Assembly: GCA_003158495.1 (NCBI GenBank)
Contig: PMJT01000179.1
Span: 906 to 35,885 of the forward strand
Reading direction: 5' to 3'
DNA: 34,980 nucleotides
From: Chloroflexota bacterium
GTDB lineage: Bacteria > Chloroflexota > Limnocylindria > Limnocylindrales > CSP1-4
Part shown: in pieces, positions 32,395 through 34,980 of the stretch
Position numbering within the stretch: the first letter of the stretch is position 1
How the letters are laid out: every line of letters begins with the position of its first letter
Made by a program: the position numbers and the translations under genes
Notes under the pieces: model-generated
Database searches by the model: none
What the model saw: only the letters and a program-made list of their open reading frames with translations
Told to the model about the DNA's origin: nothing

Positions 32395-33564
32395 TCAGGG
32401 GGCCGGGGCTGGCCTCGGTGTCACGGCCAGGACGCCCAGCGCGGCAACGGCGAGGGCCAGGATGATCGGCCATGCAGCGACGACGCCGACTGCGTCCGAC
32501 GCCAGGCCGAGGGTGGAGGGGGCAAGCAGCACGGCCGCGCCCGAGGCGAGGGTCGATCTGGCAGCGGCCGAGACCGGGGCCTTCGGCGCGCTCTGGAGCG
32601 CCGCCGTAAGCCCGACGGGCCAGCACGGAGCAGTGCCCAGGCCGCCGAGGAAGAGGCCCAATCCGGACAGGATTGGCACGGTCGAAACCCACACCAGGCC
32701 GGATCCGACGAGCACAATGCCGAGCCCGGCGGCGAGAATGCCGCGCGACGCTCGTCCAGCACCGAGGCCGCGGCCGATCGCGGCGCGGCCGGTGAACATG
32801 CCGACGACGAAAAGGCTGGCCAGCAGGGTCGCGTCGGCAGTGGAAACGCCGGTCCGCTTGCCCACGATCGTGGAGCCCCAGAAGACGAACGAGAATTCGA
32901 TGGACACGCACAGAACCAGGAGCGCCCAGGCGAACCAGTAGTCGGCGGGCAGCCTGGCCCGGGGCGGACGGACGGAACTGCGGGCCTCGGCGGCGCGCGG
33001 CCGCAGCAACGTCAGGGCGATGATGGCGGCGAGCGGCAGTAGGAGTGCCACCTTCCAGGCGTGCAGCCCGGCGACGGCGAGCCCGATCACGACAGGCGCA
33101 GCCGCGGCGGTGACCATCGAGAGAGCGTTGGCCTGGCCGATCAGACGCCGCGTTTCGACGCTGTTCGGGCGGTTGAGCCTGATGTTGACGTCCGTGCCGA
33201 CGAGTCCGCCGCCGAGCCCCATCAGGAAGGCGCCGGTCAGTGAGAACGGCAGGCTCGGCGCCAGCATAACGAGACCGAGCGCAACTATGAGCACGGCGAC
33301 CGCCACGTCCATGAGCCAGCGCGATCCTACCCGGCGCGCGATCGCGTCCGCGCCGACGCCGGCGACCAGCACGCCGACCGCTAGTGCCGAAGCGTGCAGG
33401 CCGGCCTGAAAGTCGGTCAGACCGAGGTCGATCCGCAGGTATGGCGTGGCATTGCCGATGCCGTAGAGGACGTAGCCCCAGACCGCCAGGTACGAGTACG
33501 AGATCCAGGTCGCCCGCTTGTCCTGCGCGGGGATCTGGGGCGCGGGCTCGATCGCGTCGGCCAA
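32395..33564 (-). CDS. MFS transporter (12-TMS type), substrate unknown
   Basis: TTG 33564 lies 7 nt after GAGG and 2 nt after the upstream GH3 stop. The longer track ORF would overlap the GH3 gene by 127 nt with an Arg-rich extension. Hydrophobic spans throughout, with an MFS loop GADAIARRVGSRW. Confidence 0.78.
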   Translation of the reverse strand: MADAIEPAPQIPAQDKRATWISYSYLAVWGYVLYGIGNATPYLRIDLGLTDFQAGLHASALAVGVLVAGVGADAIARRVGSRWLMDVAVAVLIVALGLVMLAPSLPFSLTGAFLMGLGGGLVGTDVNIRLNRPNSVETRRLIGQANALSMVTAAAAPVVIGLAVAGLHAWKVALLLPLAAIIALTLLRPRAAEARSSVRPPRARLPADYWFAWALLVLCVSIEFSFVFWGSTIVGKRTGVSTADATLLASLFVVGMFTGRAAIGRGLGAGRASRGILAAGLGIVLVGSGLVWVSTVPILSGLGLFLGGLGTAPCWPVGLTAALQSAPKAPVSAAARSTLASGAAVLLAPSTLGLASDAVGVVAAWPIILALAVAALGVLAVTPRPAPAP

Positions 33565-33566
33565 GC

Positions 33567-34980
33567 CTATGCCTCGACTTCTATGACTGTCGCCAGGCGC
33601 AGGTCGCCGACGCTTCGCCCGACGCGAACTTCGAAGCGACCCGGCTCGACGGCCCAATCGGCGGCCGCTTCGTCCCAGTGGCGGAGCGCCCATGGATCGA
33701 CCGGGACGGCGACCTCGACCGTCTGACCGGCGGCAGCCTCAACCGAAGCGAATCCACCAAGCCACAGGAGCGGCCGCTCGACGGCGCTGTCCGGCCGGGC
33801 CAGGTACAGCTGCACGACCTCGCGACCCGGCCTCGAACCGGAGTTGCGGAGACGGACTGTGACCGCGGCGCCACTTGCCGGGCTCCCGGCTCCGTGGCCG
33901 CTGGATCCGTGGCCGCGCGCCGCCTCGGCCGCCGGCTCAACGTCCAGGTACGTCCAGGTCGTGTACCCGCCGCCGTGGCCGAATGGGAAAGCGGGCGCCA
34001 CCTCGTTCTGCAGCCACGCCTTGTAACCGACGTGCAGCCCCTCGGAGTAGAGGAGCGTGCCGTCGACGGGTTGAGTGTCGAGGACCGGCACGTCGGCCAT
34101 CTCGGCCGGCCATGTCGTCGGCAGGCGACCTCCCGGCTCGACGCGTCCCAGCAGCATGTCCGCCAGCGCGTTGCCCGCTTCCTGGCCGGGGAACCACGTC
34201 AGCAAGATCGCGGCCACGTCCTCGCGCCAGGGCATCTCCACCGGCGAGCCCGCCGAAACCACGACGATCGTCCGCGGGTTGGCCGCTGCCACGCGCCGGA
34301 CCAGTTCGTCCATGGCCGGCTGGAGGGAAAGAGACGTGCGATCGCGCCCCTCGGTCTCGTCCTGGTCCGTGGTGCCGATGACGAGAACGACCGCATCCGC
34401 TCCGCGGGCGAGAAGCTCGGATTCCGCCAGGGCTTCGGCCGGGGTCACGGTCGGCTTCTCGATGGACAAGTCAATGGTGACGTGGTTATGGTCGTAGAAC
34501 TTGCGCCAGCGGGCCCGGAACTCTACCGGCCGGCCGGCTTGCAGGTCGACCTCGGCCACGTGGTACGGCTGATTTCCCCAAAGGTCGTCGAGCTCGAAGA
34601 CTTCGAGTGGTTCGCCCTCCTCGACGATTAGCTTGCCGTCGAGCCAGACCGCGGTCCGACCACGCGCCTTGAGCGCGATGCGATGCTTGCCGCTCACCGG
34701 CGACACGATTCGGGCCGAGATTTCCAGCACGGACTGGCCTGCGAGAACTGGATCGCCGCCCCACACCAGCCGGCCATCGGGGCGGATGTCGCGGCGCAGC
34801 TCCTGCCCGACATCGCCGTCGAGTGGCGCGGTCGGCGACGCGGGACCGCCGGCGCCGGCTTCGTCGAGGATCCGGACGAGGATGCCGGGCTGCCCGGCCT
34901 TCGCGCCGGCCTCGGCGGGGAGCAGCACCTCATTCTCCGCCACGCGCTGCCAGCCGGGGCGTATCGCGTCGGCGGGGTTG
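33567..34980 (-). CDS. Glycoside hydrolase family 3 with inserted PA14 domain; N-terminal catalytic part lies beyond the right window edge
   Basis: The frame stays open upstream of the track start (…NPADAIRPGWQRVAENEV…). PA14-like block (HRIALKARGRTAVWLDGKLIV…VDLQAGRPVEFRARW), GH3 C-terminal alpha/beta block (VVLVIGTTDQDETEGRDRTSLSL, TIVVVSAGSPVEMPW) and Fn3-like end (REVVQLYL). Confidence 0.88.
   Translation of the reverse strand, partial: NPADAIRPGWQRVAENEVLLPAEAGAKAGQPGILVRILDEAGAGGPASPTAPLDGDVGQELRRDIRPDGRLVWGGDPVLAGQSVLEISARIVSPVSGKHRIALKARGRTAVWLDGKLIVEEGEPLEVFELDDLWGNQPYHVAEVDLQAGRPVEFRARWRKFYDHNHVTIDLSIEKPTVTPAEALAESELLARGADAVVLVIGTTDQDETEGRDRTSLSLQPAMDELVRRVAAANPRTIVVVSAGSPVEMPWREDVAAILLTWFPGQEAGNALADMLLGRVEPGGRLPTTWPAEMADVPVLDTQPVDGTLLYSEGLHVGYKAWLQNEVAPAFPFGHGGGYTTWTYLDVEPAAEAARGHGSSGHGAGSPASGAAVTVRLRNSGSRPGREVVQLYLARPDSAVERPLLWLGGFASVEAAAGQTVEVAVPVDPWALRHWDEAAADWAVEPGRFEVRVGRSVGDLRLATVIEVEA

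Noticed and set aside
33565-33693. Longer MFS ORF start at 33693
   Set aside because: It would overlap the GH3 gene end by 127 nt with an Arg-rich peptide. TTG 33564 follows GAGG at 7 nt and the GH3 stop.

Overview
GC-rich segment with mostly G/C third codon positions, from a high-GC Gram-positive-type bacterium (Actinomycetota- or Chloroflexota-like; not resolvable from sequence alone). No phage, IS, integrase, CRISPR or toxin genes are visible. The window is mainly a hemicellulose/pentose utilisation neighbourhood.

Left to right:
- Divergent DHA2-MFS / TetR pair with GTAC-rich operators, then a small secreted Cys protein.
- Minus-strand operon xylA-xylB-aldose epimerase-LarA-like.
- CUT1-type sugar ABC operon (lipoprotein SBP, two permeases, no ATPase) ending in a GH3 glycosidase.
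- Minus-strand three-gene module: membrane-anchored PAP2/vanadium-haloperoxidase-like protein, secreted FG-GAP/ASPIC (CRTAC1-like) protein, M24-fold protein with apparently degenerate metal ligands.
- XylFH-like CUT2 ABC operon with a single-domain ATPase.
- Decayed Zn-dependent dehydrogenase remnant, LacI-family regulator, GH51 arabinofuranosidase.
- MacA/MacB-type export operon (adaptor, ATPase, FtsX permease) followed by a DUF5666-like anchored protein and a receiver-only OmpR-like response regulator.
- A tRNA 5'-half fragment directly before tRNA-Thr(CGU).
- DUF4232-like repeat protein, a 12-TMS MFS transporter, and a second GH3 with a PA14 insert that runs off the right edge.

Most notable non-coding signals:
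- A near-identical ~39-bp promoter/operator module upstream of both sugar-binding-protein genes.
- Back-to-back divergent promoters with clustered CGTATGC boxes.
- Perfect GC hairpins right after both SBP genes.
- 11-bp-phased TTCAG repeats upstream of the MacAB-like operon.
- Signs of an old rearrangement at the tRNA-Thr locus.

All calls come from by-eye reading of the sequence and ORF track. No database search was run.
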